NCBI GenBank assembly: GCA_903832205.1
Contig: CAILAH010000038.1
Location: 4,456 to 68,455, forward strand
Origin: an uncultured Candidatus Micrarchaeota archaeon
GTDB taxonomy: Archaea > Micrarchaeota > Micrarchaeia > CAILAH01
Direction: 5' to 3'
DNA: 64,000 nt
The notes under the pieces were generated by a model. The model searched no databases. It saw nothing but the letters and a program-made list of their open reading frames with translations, and was not told the origin of the DNA. Each line of letters begins with the position of its first letter. Position 1 is the stretch's first letter. Positions 26,032 through 34,467 of the stretch are shown piece by piece. A program made the translations under genes and the position numbers.

Positions 26032-26594
26032 ACCATCACCTCTAAATATGAGGACGCGATTTTCCTCGGCTCGCTCTTGTTGCAATTTGAGCAGAACAAT
26101 TTATTATCCTTCCTGAGCACCATGGCCTGCCTGCACGATGAGCAGAACGCCTTTATCACGCCCAGGTCATTTGCCTTCATGGCAACGTCAATCCCGCCGC
26201 GTGCAATTTTCGAAACCTCAACCTTTACGAGGTCGCCCGAGCGCACCGCCTCACTCATGCACTTCATGTACACGCCGTAGGACTTCACGCCCTCAATGCG
26301 CATCATGGCGAAATCATTGGCAAGGTTAACCCTGTTTTTGCCGGTCCTGTCATAATCAAAAAGCGTCATCATGGCATGCGTCTCGCCAACATTGTCAACC
26401 ACCGCGTAGAACTGCTGCCCAACTTTCACGCCCAGGACCGTGCCGAATGATGGCTCTATGCCAAGCGTCCTCTTCTGCTCGTCCACGATTTTGTTGCCGC
26501 ACAGGCCTGCCCTGACCTGGTCGTCTTCCGAGTAGGCGCCGTCACCGGCAGCAAACTCGATTTCGTCCCCGAGCACCTTTCCAGGTGTTTCCAT
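26028..26594 (-). CDS. csl4: Exosome RNA-binding protein Csl4
   Basis: PGKVLG..AGDGAY, S1 domain, LGVIKAFCSSC...CSNCNKSEPRKIA zinc ribbon; start METPG. Confidence 0.9.
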   Translation of the reverse strand: METPGKVLGDEIEFAAGDGAYSEDDQVRAGLCGNKIVDEQKRTLGIEPSFGTVLGVKVGQQFYAVVDNVGETHAMMTLFDYDRTGKNRVNLANDFAMMRIEGVKSYGVYMKCMSEAVRSGDLVKVEVSKIARGGIDVAMKANDLGVIKAFCSSCRQAMVLRKDNKLFCSNCNKSEPRKIASSYLEVMV

Positions 26595-26646
26595 GGATAG
26601 TTTAACATTATTAGGTTTAAATACTTTCCAAAACAATTTTAGTCCG

Positions 26647-27864
26647 ATGCCAAAAAAAATGCTTGTCCTCTGCATTGACAGGGATGCCGACCTGAAAGAG
26701 AAGGTCGGCATTGCCGGCCCGATAATAGGCAGGGCAAGGAACCTCGATGCGGCAAACAGGATACTGCTTAAGGATCCTGAAGAGGTGGACGGCAACACGA
26801 TTTTCGAGGCGGTAAAACTTTTCGATTCGATGAAGGCGAACGGCGAGGATGTCGAGGTCGCAACGCTCACCGGAGACCAGTCGCGCGGGTACACCGCCGA
26901 CAGGGAGGTCGCGGAGCAGCTCGATAGGGTGCTCACCGAATTCCCCGCGGAGTCGTGCATATTCGTGGGCGACGGCGCGGATGACGAGCAGATTATGCCC
27001 ATCATCAACTCAAGGATGAAAGTGGACAGCGTAAAGCAGGTGTCCATGAAGCAGTCCAAGGAGCTTGAGAGGACATATTTCCTCATACTTGACAAGCTGA
27101 AGGAGCCCTATTTCGCAAGGATGTTCATCGGGCTTCCGGCAATCATTCTTCTCACATTGGTCATCAGCTATTCATTGGGGTTCGAGTGGAAGCCGGTCGC
27201 GGCGCTTGTCGGCCTCTACCTTTTGCTTAAGGGGTTCGGCATTGAGGACAGGCTTGCAAACACGCTTTCACATTTCAAGTTCAGCGCGGAGCAGGTGAGC
27301 ACGATTGCATATTTCATCGCCCTGCCCCTGTTCGCGCTCGCATTATGGCTCTCCATTGATGAGTACATCAAGTGGGCGCCGTCAGTTGACAATCTGAAGG
27401 CTCTTGCATTCGGCGTGCGCTCGCTTGTGATATTCCTGGTGCCGCCGCTGGTGCTCGTCTTCGCTGGAAAATTCTATGACAACGTCAGGGACGGCAACAA
27501 CCTGGGCACGCTGCGCATGCTGTTCTATTGCGTGATGGTGGGCATTACGCTGTTCATAGTGTGGACATTTGCGGGCTGGGTGATTGCGGAGGCATATTTC
27601 AGCGAGCTCGTTAACGCGCTCATAGTAAGCATCATATTCGGCACAATCGCAATGGAAACCGTGCAGTACCTGAAACGCGACTCAATCCACGGCGTTGATC
27701 TGCTCGGCAAGGAAGTCTACTCATCATCGGGCAACTACCTGGGCAGGGTTGTGAGCGTGAGTGACGAGGAGAAGGATTTCGTCTACACAAACCCCTGGAA
27801 GAAAAAGCAGGTGTGCGACTACGACCAGGTCAAGGATATTGATGCGAGGATCAACCTCATATAA
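26647..27864 (+). CDS. DUF373-family membrane protein with C-terminal PRC-barrel-like segment
   Basis: LVLCIDRDADL..GPIIGR, DPEEVDGN, DGADDE, QSKELERTY; LLGKEVYSSSGNYLGRV. Confidence 0.85.
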   Translation: MPKKMLVLCIDRDADLKEKVGIAGPIIGRARNLDAANRILLKDPEEVDGNTIFEAVKLFDSMKANGEDVEVATLTGDQSRGYTADREVAEQLDRVLTEFPAESCIFVGDGADDEQIMPIINSRMKVDSVKQVSMKQSKELERTYFLILDKLKEPYFARMFIGLPAIILLTLVISYSLGFEWKPVAALVGLYLLLKGFGIEDRLANTLSHFKFSAEQVSTIAYFIALPLFALALWLSIDEYIKWAPSVDNLKALAFGVRSLVIFLVPPLVLVFAGKFYDNVRDGNNLGTLRMLFYCVMVGITLFIVWTFAGWVIAEAYFSELVNALIVSIIFGTIAMETVQYLKRDSIHGVDLLGKEVYSSSGNYLGRVVSVSDEEKDFVYTNPWKKKQVCDYDQVKDIDARINLI

Positions 27865-27877
27865 TGGTGAAAGCCAC

Positions 27878-28330
27878 ATGATACCTGAATCACAATACAT
27901 CGAGGCCGCCATTGTTGTGCGCGACATGCGCATGCCGCAGGAGGTTACGCTCACCAAGGCATCGCTCATCAGGTGGCTCGCGCTTGCGCTCGGGCTTATC
28001 AACCCGAACGAGTCCCGCAAATCGCTCATCGATTTGGTTGAGGTTCTGCTCAACCACCAGCTGAAGGGCAGGAAGGGCATGACCGTTGATGAGATGATGG
28101 TGAAGCTCAAGGCCGCGGGCAAGACCTGCGGCGAGAAGACGGTGCGCTACCACCTGCTCCGCATGGAGAAGAAGGGAGTGGTGCGCAGGAAGAACAAGGA
28201 ATACTCATTCCTGATTTCTGATTTGGATGATGCGGGCATCGAGTCCATTGCCGACTCATACGATACGAAATACAGGAGCGCGATGGGCAAGGTCAGGATG
28301 GCGCTTGCAAAGCTAAAAGGGATGTACTAA
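27878..28330 (+). CDS. Winged-helix protein
   Basis: LIRWLALALGLI, EKTVRYHLLRMEKKGVV; GGTGA RBS. Confidence 0.75.
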   Translation: MIPESQYIEAAIVVRDMRMPQEVTLTKASLIRWLALALGLINPNESRKSLIDLVEVLLNHQLKGRKGMTVDEMMVKLKAAGKTCGEKTVRYHLLRMEKKGVVRRKNKEYSFLISDLDDAGIESIADSYDTKYRSAMGKVRMALAKLKGMY

Positions 28331-29265
28331 TGGCCCGCGTTTTCGTTACCGGCGGCACGGGAAAGCTTGGCGCATACGTCATCAAACTCCTCCTTGGCAA
28401 CGGCTATGAGGTTGTTGCGCTGAGCCGGGAGAAAAACATCAAAGGCTGCAGGACAATAAAGGGCAGCATGTCGGATTTTGATTACACGCAGATTAAAGGG
28501 TGCAGGCACGCGATTCACATGGCGGGCACAATCGACATGTCCCTCTCACCGGCGGATATCTACAGGATTAATGTGGAGGGCACAAAGGGCATTGTTGAGC
28601 ACTGCGCACAGGCGGGCATCCCGCACTTTACTTTCATAAGCTCGATTTCCGTTTACGGGAAACGCAACAATAGCGACATAACCGAGAAGACCGCGCTCTC
28701 GCCGGATACGCCCTATGCGAAAAGCAAATTCCAGGGAGAGATGGTGGTGCAGGGATATGCGGGCGATGTGTGCATTTTGAGGCCGTCAATTATTTACGGG
28801 CCGGGGTTTGATACGGGGTTCAGGATGGCATACGAGCGCATAAAGGCAGGAAAAATGTTCCTGTTCGGTGACGGGAACAACCACGTCCCGCTCGTTCACG
28901 CTGCAGATGTGGCGAACGCAATCCAGCTCGCCGTTGCCGAGAACGCAACAGGAATATACAATGTGAACGATGAGGACGAGATGACGCAGAAAGAGCTTTT
29001 GGATTATGTCGCAAAGCTCACAAGCTCGCCTCTCAAATACAAGCAGATCCCAAGGCACTCAATCAGGCCGCTGCTCGCGCTCTACAATTTCTCACGCTCA
29101 TTATCGAAGAAGCCGCCCATCCCAAGTGAATTCGTCGATATGCTCGCAACCGAGCGCATCGTTAAGACGGGCAAGATAAGGAAAGAGCTCGGGTTTCGGA
29201 ATTCCTATCCGGCCAAGATAGGCATTGCTGAGTTCGTAGACTACCTATCAAAAAGGCATTCGTAA
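28330..29265 (+). CDS. NAD-dependent epimerase/dehydratase (extended SDR)
   Basis: VTGGTGKLG, SSISVYG, YAKSK, LRPSIIYGPG, VHAADVA. Confidence 0.92.
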   Translation: MARVFVTGGTGKLGAYVIKLLLGNGYEVVALSREKNIKGCRTIKGSMSDFDYTQIKGCRHAIHMAGTIDMSLSPADIYRINVEGTKGIVEHCAQAGIPHFTFISSISVYGKRNNSDITEKTALSPDTPYAKSKFQGEMVVQGYAGDVCILRPSIIYGPGFDTGFRMAYERIKAGKMFLFGDGNNHVPLVHAADVANAIQLAVAENATGIYNVNDEDEMTQKELLDYVAKLTSSPLKYKQIPRHSIRPLLALYNFSRSLSKKPPIPSEFVDMLATERIVKTGKIRKELGFRNSYPAKIGIAEFVDYLSKRHS

Positions 29266-29301
29266 GGTTTAAATCACGTTATATCTCCTATAATCCCCGC
29301 T

Positions 29302-30528
29302 ATGGCAGAATCCTCAGTTACCATTGTAAATTCCGGCACTGGCCTTACACAGCGCCAGATCAGCCAGGAGATTATATCCAGACTTAAGATGATGGTTAGC
29401 GAGGCAAAGAAGCTGCTCAGGCAGAATAACATACGCGGCGCGGAGAGAAGGGTACACGATGCGCTTAACCTTGACCCGAACAATCCACAGGCCACATCGT
29501 TATTGATTAAGCTTTATTCGGGCACAGGCCGCGCATTCAAGGCCAGGAAGCTGTATGAGAGCGCAATTGAGCGCGGCATCGCATCAGGGCATTCGCCCGT
29601 CCCTATTTATGAGGCGTACCTGCGTGCGAACAAATCCACCCTCGCCCACGAGCTGCATCTGTTTTCAATTGAGAAAGGCGTGGCCCCGGCCGATGCCAAC
29701 TCTGCGCTCATTGCGGCATATTGCAAGTGCGGCCTTGTTGAGGAGGCACGTTCCATATTTGACACTGCATTGCAGGCAAAAGAGGTCAACCACTTCGCAT
29801 TCCTTTCCTTGATTCTGGGCTATAGCAGAAAGGATATGCCCGCCACTGTCATTAAGATATACGGGCTTGCAGAAGCCAATAACATGTGCAATGATGACAT
29901 AAACGATGCGATGATAATCACATTCGCAAAGGTGAACGACGCAGAATCCGCAGTCAGGCTGTTCAGCGGGTCACACAGGGGAATCATCCGCTCCCATGAG
30001 ACATTCGCCTCATTAATGCAGATGTATGCAAGATTGGGTAACGTGCCCAAGGCACGCGAGATATTTGACCTGTCAGTTGAGAAGGGATATGCGGATAACG
30101 TGACTTACGGCATCATGATTGACATCTACTGCACCGGAAAAGATACTGGGAATGTAAAAGGGCTGCAGCAAAAAGCGCTTGGCGCAAACCAGCTTGATAA
30201 GAGGGCCTACGCGTCGCTCATCCACTATTACTGCTCAATCGGCGATATTGATGAGGCGCGCAAGCTCTTTGATGACGGAGCACCGAGAAGGAAGGTTGAC
30301 AGCATGGACTGCACCACGCTTATGCACGTCTACCACGTCAAGTGGGAAATAGTAAATGCAAGGGAAGTGTATGAAATCGCAATCAAGAATGGCTTCTGCG
30401 ACTCCCGCTGCCATGACTATATGTATAATATCTATGAGATGCGGGGAGACCACAAGTCGGCAAAGGAAGTCTATGAGCAGTGGCTCAGGATTATGATAGA
30501 ACGGAGAAATTCCAGGCCCCATCCCTAG
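29302..30528 (+). CDS. Pentatricopeptide-repeat-like alpha-solenoid protein (34-aa repeats, N-terminal TPR-like unit)
   Basis: NSALIAAYCKCGLVEEARSIFD, TFASLMQMYARLGNVPKAREIFD, AYASLIHYYCSIGDIDEARKLFD. Confidence 0.85.
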   Translation: MAESSVTIVNSGTGLTQRQISQEIISRLKMMVSEAKKLLRQNNIRGAERRVHDALNLDPNNPQATSLLIKLYSGTGRAFKARKLYESAIERGIASGHSPVPIYEAYLRANKSTLAHELHLFSIEKGVAPADANSALIAAYCKCGLVEEARSIFDTALQAKEVNHFAFLSLILGYSRKDMPATVIKIYGLAEANNMCNDDINDAMIITFAKVNDAESAVRLFSGSHRGIIRSHETFASLMQMYARLGNVPKAREIFDLSVEKGYADNVTYGIMIDIYCTGKDTGNVKGLQQKALGANQLDKRAYASLIHYYCSIGDIDEARKLFDDGAPRRKVDSMDCTTLMHVYHVKWEIVNAREVYEIAIKNGFCDSRCHDYMYNIYEMRGDHKSAKEVYEQWLRIMIERRNSRPHP

Positions 30529-30596
30529 TTTGCAATTGTAACAAAAAGCTATTTTTGATACATACGTATTTATTCCGCGATTTCCTAACTTAATTC

Positions 30597-30782
30597 ATGG
30601 CCGCAAAAGGCATCCTTGGCATGATTGGAAATACGCCGCTTGTGAATGTTAACGGCATTCTTGCAAAGCTTGAGGCATACAATCCAACGGGAAGCGTAAA
30701 GGACAGGATGGCGCATTATATTGTCAAAAAGGCCGCAGAGGAAACAAACAAGGCGTATGAAGTGTGGCTGAAAAACAAGTAG
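30597..30782 (+). pseudogene. N-terminal fragment of cysteine synthase (CysK/CysM)
   Basis: IGNTPLV...AKLEAYNPTGSVKDR then stop after 61 aa; no continuation before tRNA-Val. Confidence 0.85.
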
Positions 30783-30808
30783 ATTTCCTTTTTCTAAAAG
30801 AAGGACAA

Positions 30809-31081
30809 TGGACCCGCGCGGGATTGAACCGCGGATTTCTCGCGAAAGGGGATCTGCCGCCCCCACACATTTGCGAAAGCAAATGGTGGCGCTTTTTGGC
30901 ATGCGCCAAAACTGCGCTTCAACCCCAGGCTTGGGGCGCAGCCCCAAACCCCTGATTGAAAAGGCAGAAATCTTTCCCCAAACCCAATTTATACCCTGAG
31001 GGGGGATTGGGTCTTATGGGAAGGGGGCACTCCCCCTACCCATATGTGAGGCGAGCGTCTTAACCACTCGACTACGGGTCC
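30809..31081 (-). tRNA. tRNA-Val(CAC) interrupted by a 200-nt insertion at 37/38 (30845-31044)
   Basis: Acceptor GGACCCG/CGGGTCC-A; CTCGC-CTCACA|C-GCGAG; CGCGG-TTCAATC-CCGCG; no clear BHB at the junctions. Confidence 0.82.
31002..31044. repeat. 43-nt intron-head module, copy 2
   Basis: 41/43 identical to 21205-21247; the two differences are a compensatory pair. Confidence 0.9.
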
Positions 31082-31127
31082 AAAGTTGTATTTTTTAGGG
31101 CGGCTTAATATTAAAATAGTTCTACGC

Positions 31128-31919
31128 TTGAGCATAGCCGTGGCCGTTTCCATAAGGATTAACAATCTGCGCATTGGAAAGAAGGAATTCCTTGAGAGAA
31201 TGTCAAGGTTCAGCCTTACTCCTGTGGAGTGGTACGGCCAGGCGTACAAATCAGATGCGGAAAGCCTGGGCAAATCATTGGAATACCAGCTCGGTTATTT
31301 CTACATCCAATCTTTATCATCAATGGTCCCGGTACTCGTGCTCGACCCAAAGCCTGGTGATATGGTCCTGGACATGGCCGCAGCGCCCGGGAGCAAGTCC
31401 ACGCAATGCGCAATGCACATGGAAGACAAGGGCGTAGTTGTTGCCAATGATGTTTCATACATGAGGCTGAAGAGCCTGGCAAGCCACGTTGACCGCCTTG
31501 GCATCACAAGCATTGCAATGACAAATTTTGACGGGCAAAGATTCCCAAGCGTTGCACCGTTCAGCAAAATCCTGCTTGACGCGCCCTGCAGCTCCATGGG
31601 CTCAAGGAAAAACATCCTCCCGCACTCGGAAGGCCGGATAAGAAGCCTCGCAAAGCTGCAGAAGTCACTGCTGCTCAGGGGATTCGACCTGCTTGCGCCC
31701 GCAGGCACGCTGGTATATTCAACCTGCACAACGACAGTGGAGGAGAACGAGCAGGTGATTGAGAACCTGCTTTCAAAGAGGGATAATGCAAAGGTTGAGA
31801 AGCTGCAATTGCCGTTCGCGTTTGAGAAAGGCCTAGGCGGGAACTCGGAAGTAGATTCGGATGTGTGCAGGTTCACGCTTGACGAGTCATTCTTCATTGC
31901 GAAGATAACAAAGAAGTGA
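31128..31919 (+). CDS. RsmB/NOP2-family RNA m5C methyltransferase
   Basis: YIQSLSSM, VLDMAAAPGSKS, ILLDAPCS, LVYSTCT..EENE; start uncertain. Confidence 0.92.
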   Translation: MSIAVAVSIRINNLRIGKKEFLERMSRFSLTPVEWYGQAYKSDAESLGKSLEYQLGYFYIQSLSSMVPVLVLDPKPGDMVLDMAAAPGSKSTQCAMHMEDKGVVVANDVSYMRLKSLASHVDRLGITSIAMTNFDGQRFPSVAPFSKILLDAPCSSMGSRKNILPHSEGRIRSLAKLQKSLLLRGFDLLAPAGTLVYSTCTTTVEENEQVIENLLSKRDNAKVEKLQLPFAFEKGLGGNSEVDSDVCRFTLDESFFIAKITKK

Positions 31920-31923
31920 AAAC

Positions 31924-32364
31924 ATGGATGAGGACAAGTTCGCAGTGTATTTGAAGAGCCGTTTCGGCATCATGCTCAGCGAAGAGTTCGGCATTGAGGA
32001 GAAGACGAGCAAGGTATACGTGTATTCAAAGGATTTGGAAAAATTGGGCCTGCGCTGGGTGCATCGGAGAGGCCTTTTGGCAGGCAAGCTGAATACCCTG
32101 TTCGGGATAAAGCCGTCGCTGGATTTCACGCTCGTGTTCGGCCATCTCGCACAGAAGAATTGCGCAGTGATAAGCGATGAGGAAGTCGCGCAGATATTTG
32201 CGGGCGAAGACATGGTGCTGAAGGACTCCTCAACATGCGAGGACGGCCTGGTTATGCTCAAGAACGTCAAAGGCATGGGCGTGGCAGTTGCCTTAAACAA
32301 GGGGGGCACTCTCCAATCGCTGGTTCAGAAGGACAGGCAGATAGCGAAAGAACAGGTTTTTTAA
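31924..32364 (+). CDS. NIP7/PUA-like (RsmF C-terminal-like) protein
   Basis: Follows the m5C MTase; RRGLLAGKL...IKPSLD...FAGEDM pattern. Confidence 0.65.
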   Translation: MDEDKFAVYLKSRFGIMLSEEFGIEEKTSKVYVYSKDLEKLGLRWVHRRGLLAGKLNTLFGIKPSLDFTLVFGHLAQKNCAVISDEEVAQIFAGEDMVLKDSSTCEDGLVMLKNVKGMGVAVALNKGGTLQSLVQKDRQIAKEQVF

Positions 32365-32399
32365 TTATTGTATTATATAAGGACTGCAACGAGGTGCTC

Positions 32400-33179
32400 A
32401 TGATGCGTATTGGAAAGGTTGAACAGTATCTCTTGGATAAGATTGAAAACAAGAAGGCAATACTGTCGATAGTAGTCGACCCGGTTGACTATCCGTCCCC
32501 GGATATTGCAATCAAGACGGGCATTGCCGCCGCGGAAGCGGGAGCCGACATGATCGCCATTGGCGGGTCCATAGGCGCCCAGGGTGAATTGCTCGACATG
32601 GTGACAAAGGAAATCAAGCAGGGCGTTTCGGTACCTGTTATACTATTTCCGGGAAACGTCGGCACAATCACCAGGTACGCGGATGCGATTTATTTCCTCA
32701 CGCTGATTAACTCACGAAACCCCTACTGGCTCGGCCAGGCGCAGATGCTCGGCGCACCGCTTCTCAAGCAGTTCAATATGGAGTCAATCCCGACCGCATA
32801 CATTGTCGTTGAGCCCGGTGGCACGGTCGGCTGGGTCGGTGATGCAAAGCTCATCCCGAGGAACAAGCCGAAGATTGCCGCAGCACTTGCAATGACAGGC
32901 GAATTTGCAGGCAACCACATGATATTCACTGATGCAGGCTCTGCAAGCGAATTGGGCCCGGTCCCGGTTGACATGGTAAGGTATGTGCGAAAGGCGACAT
33001 CGCTTCCCTACATGGTGGCGGGCGGAGTGCGCAAGTTCGAAGAAGCGCACGAAATAATCAAGGCAGGCGCGGATATGATACAGATCGGCACGGCGGTCGA
33101 GAACGTCAGCGACATTAGGTACCGCGTCGAGACATTTTCCAAGACCATGAATGATGCAAAGCGTTTCGTGCAGGCATAG
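32400..33179 (+). CDS. Geranylgeranylglyceryl phosphate synthase (GGGPS)
   Basis: VDPVD, IAIGGS, PVILFPGN, NSRNPYW, YIVVEPG, DAGSA, VAGGVR. Confidence 0.93.
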   Translation: MMRIGKVEQYLLDKIENKKAILSIVVDPVDYPSPDIAIKTGIAAAEAGADMIAIGGSIGAQGELLDMVTKEIKQGVSVPVILFPGNVGTITRYADAIYFLTLINSRNPYWLGQAQMLGAPLLKQFNMESIPTAYIVVEPGGTVGWVGDAKLIPRNKPKIAAALAMTGEFAGNHMIFTDAGSASELGPVPVDMVRYVRKATSLPYMVAGGVRKFEEAHEIIKAGADMIQIGTAVENVSDIRYRVETFSKTMNDAKRFVQA

Positions 33180-33188
33180 GTGCGTTGA

Positions 33189-34415
33189 ATGTATGCGGAG
33201 CTATACGACCTTGTAGTGAAAATCCTGCTGGCGGGCGCGCTCGGCGCGCTCATCGGCATTGAGAGGGAATACTCAAAAAAGCAGCACCTATTTGGCGCAA
33301 GGACATTCCTCCTGGTCTCGCTGTGGGGCATGCTTTCTGTGGAGCTCTCCAAATTTGATTCCTCGCTCACCTACTTTCCGCTCCTATCATTCATGGGCGT
33401 GCTGGTGCTCACATTCTTTTTCTTCAAGATTTCTTCGGATACGCGCAAGGGCGGCCTTACAACATTCGTGCTGTTCCCGCTTGCATTTATGATAGGCATA
33501 ATGGTCGCCTATTCATTCTTCGTTCCGGCAGTGGCCATTGCGGTCATAGTCACTGCGGTGCTCTATGCAAAAAAATATTCGTCCGTTCTCGTGAAAAAGC
33601 TTACCGAGGCGGAGTGGAGCGACATCATAAGGTTTGCGCTCATCCTGTTCGTGCTATACCCGATCTCGCCGGCAATACTCACGCTCTACGGGTTCAATTT
33701 CAACCTGGACATATTCTTCAAGATGATTTATTTCGTTTCGGCAATAAGCCTGGCAGCATTTTTGCTCCAGAGGATTTACCCGAAGCTATCGCTCTCATCA
33801 GTCGGTTTCCTTGGCGGCCTGGTCAACAGCGTCTCAACGGTTTACCTTGTACTCTCAAAGGTGGGCAGGATTGACAAGTCGCTGTTCAGGGTATACAGCG
33901 CATCGCAGATTGCAAGCGCGCTCAGGAACATCTTCTTCATCGCGCTATTCTCAATGGCGCTTTTCCTGCAGGTGTGGCCGTTCTTCCTGGCGGTGATTGC
34001 AGTTCACTTTATCATACAGCTGTTTTCCCCCATACCTAGCATCAACATAGGCATGCTGAAGTTTGACCAGCCGTTCACCATGTCCCGCGCAATCAAGCTT
34101 GCCGTCATCTTCCTGTTCATATCCGCAATGATAGATTTCGTAATCCGCACTTCGGAGTTCGGGCTTTACATCGTGTCATTTGTGGGCGGCCTGTTCAGCA
34201 GCATCGCCACCATTGCGTCAATACTTGCCGGCTCGCAGAACCTGACGCAGCCGCAGGTTATTCTCGCAACGCTCAGCGCATTCCTGGGAGGGGTTGTCGC
34301 CAGCGCGGGCATAGGGTTCCTGTTCGAGCAGAAGGCGATGCGCCTAGAGGTTGCACTCTCGCTTCTTGCCTCAATAATAATCATGGGCATGCTGGCATTT
34401 TTCCTTGTGCATTAG
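33189..34415 (+). CDS. MgtC/SapB-DUF4010 membrane protein
   Basis: GALIGIERE, GARTF, GLTT, GFLGGLVNS, GGLFSS. Confidence 0.85.
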   Translation: MYAELYDLVVKILLAGALGALIGIEREYSKKQHLFGARTFLLVSLWGMLSVELSKFDSSLTYFPLLSFMGVLVLTFFFFKISSDTRKGGLTTFVLFPLAFMIGIMVAYSFFVPAVAIAVIVTAVLYAKKYSSVLVKKLTEAEWSDIIRFALILFVLYPISPAILTLYGFNFNLDIFFKMIYFVSAISLAAFLLQRIYPKLSLSSVGFLGGLVNSVSTVYLVLSKVGRIDKSLFRVYSASQIASALRNIFFIALFSMALFLQVWPFFLAVIAVHFIIQLFSPIPSINIGMLKFDQPFTMSRAIKLAVIFLFISAMIDFVIRTSEFGLYIVSFVGGLFSSIATIASILAGSQNLTQPQVILATLSAFLGGVVASAGIGFLFEQKAMRLEVALSLLASIIIMGMLAFFLVH

Positions 34416-34467
34416 CTTTCGTGTCTTGCAAAATCTTTTTATTAACTGAACATGTCTAATTTTCCTG

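Noticed and set aside
26595-27095. Long N-terminal extension of the Csl4 ORF, and similar extensions of ORFs 18220..19728, 40849..42231, 32235..33179 and 39700..40770
   Set aside because: They overlap neighbouring genes; homology begins at downstream ATGs.
30780-30808. TAG readthrough or frameshift rescuing cysK
   Set aside because: An in-frame TAA follows within a few codons and the tRNA begins; no remaining CysK motifs in any frame.
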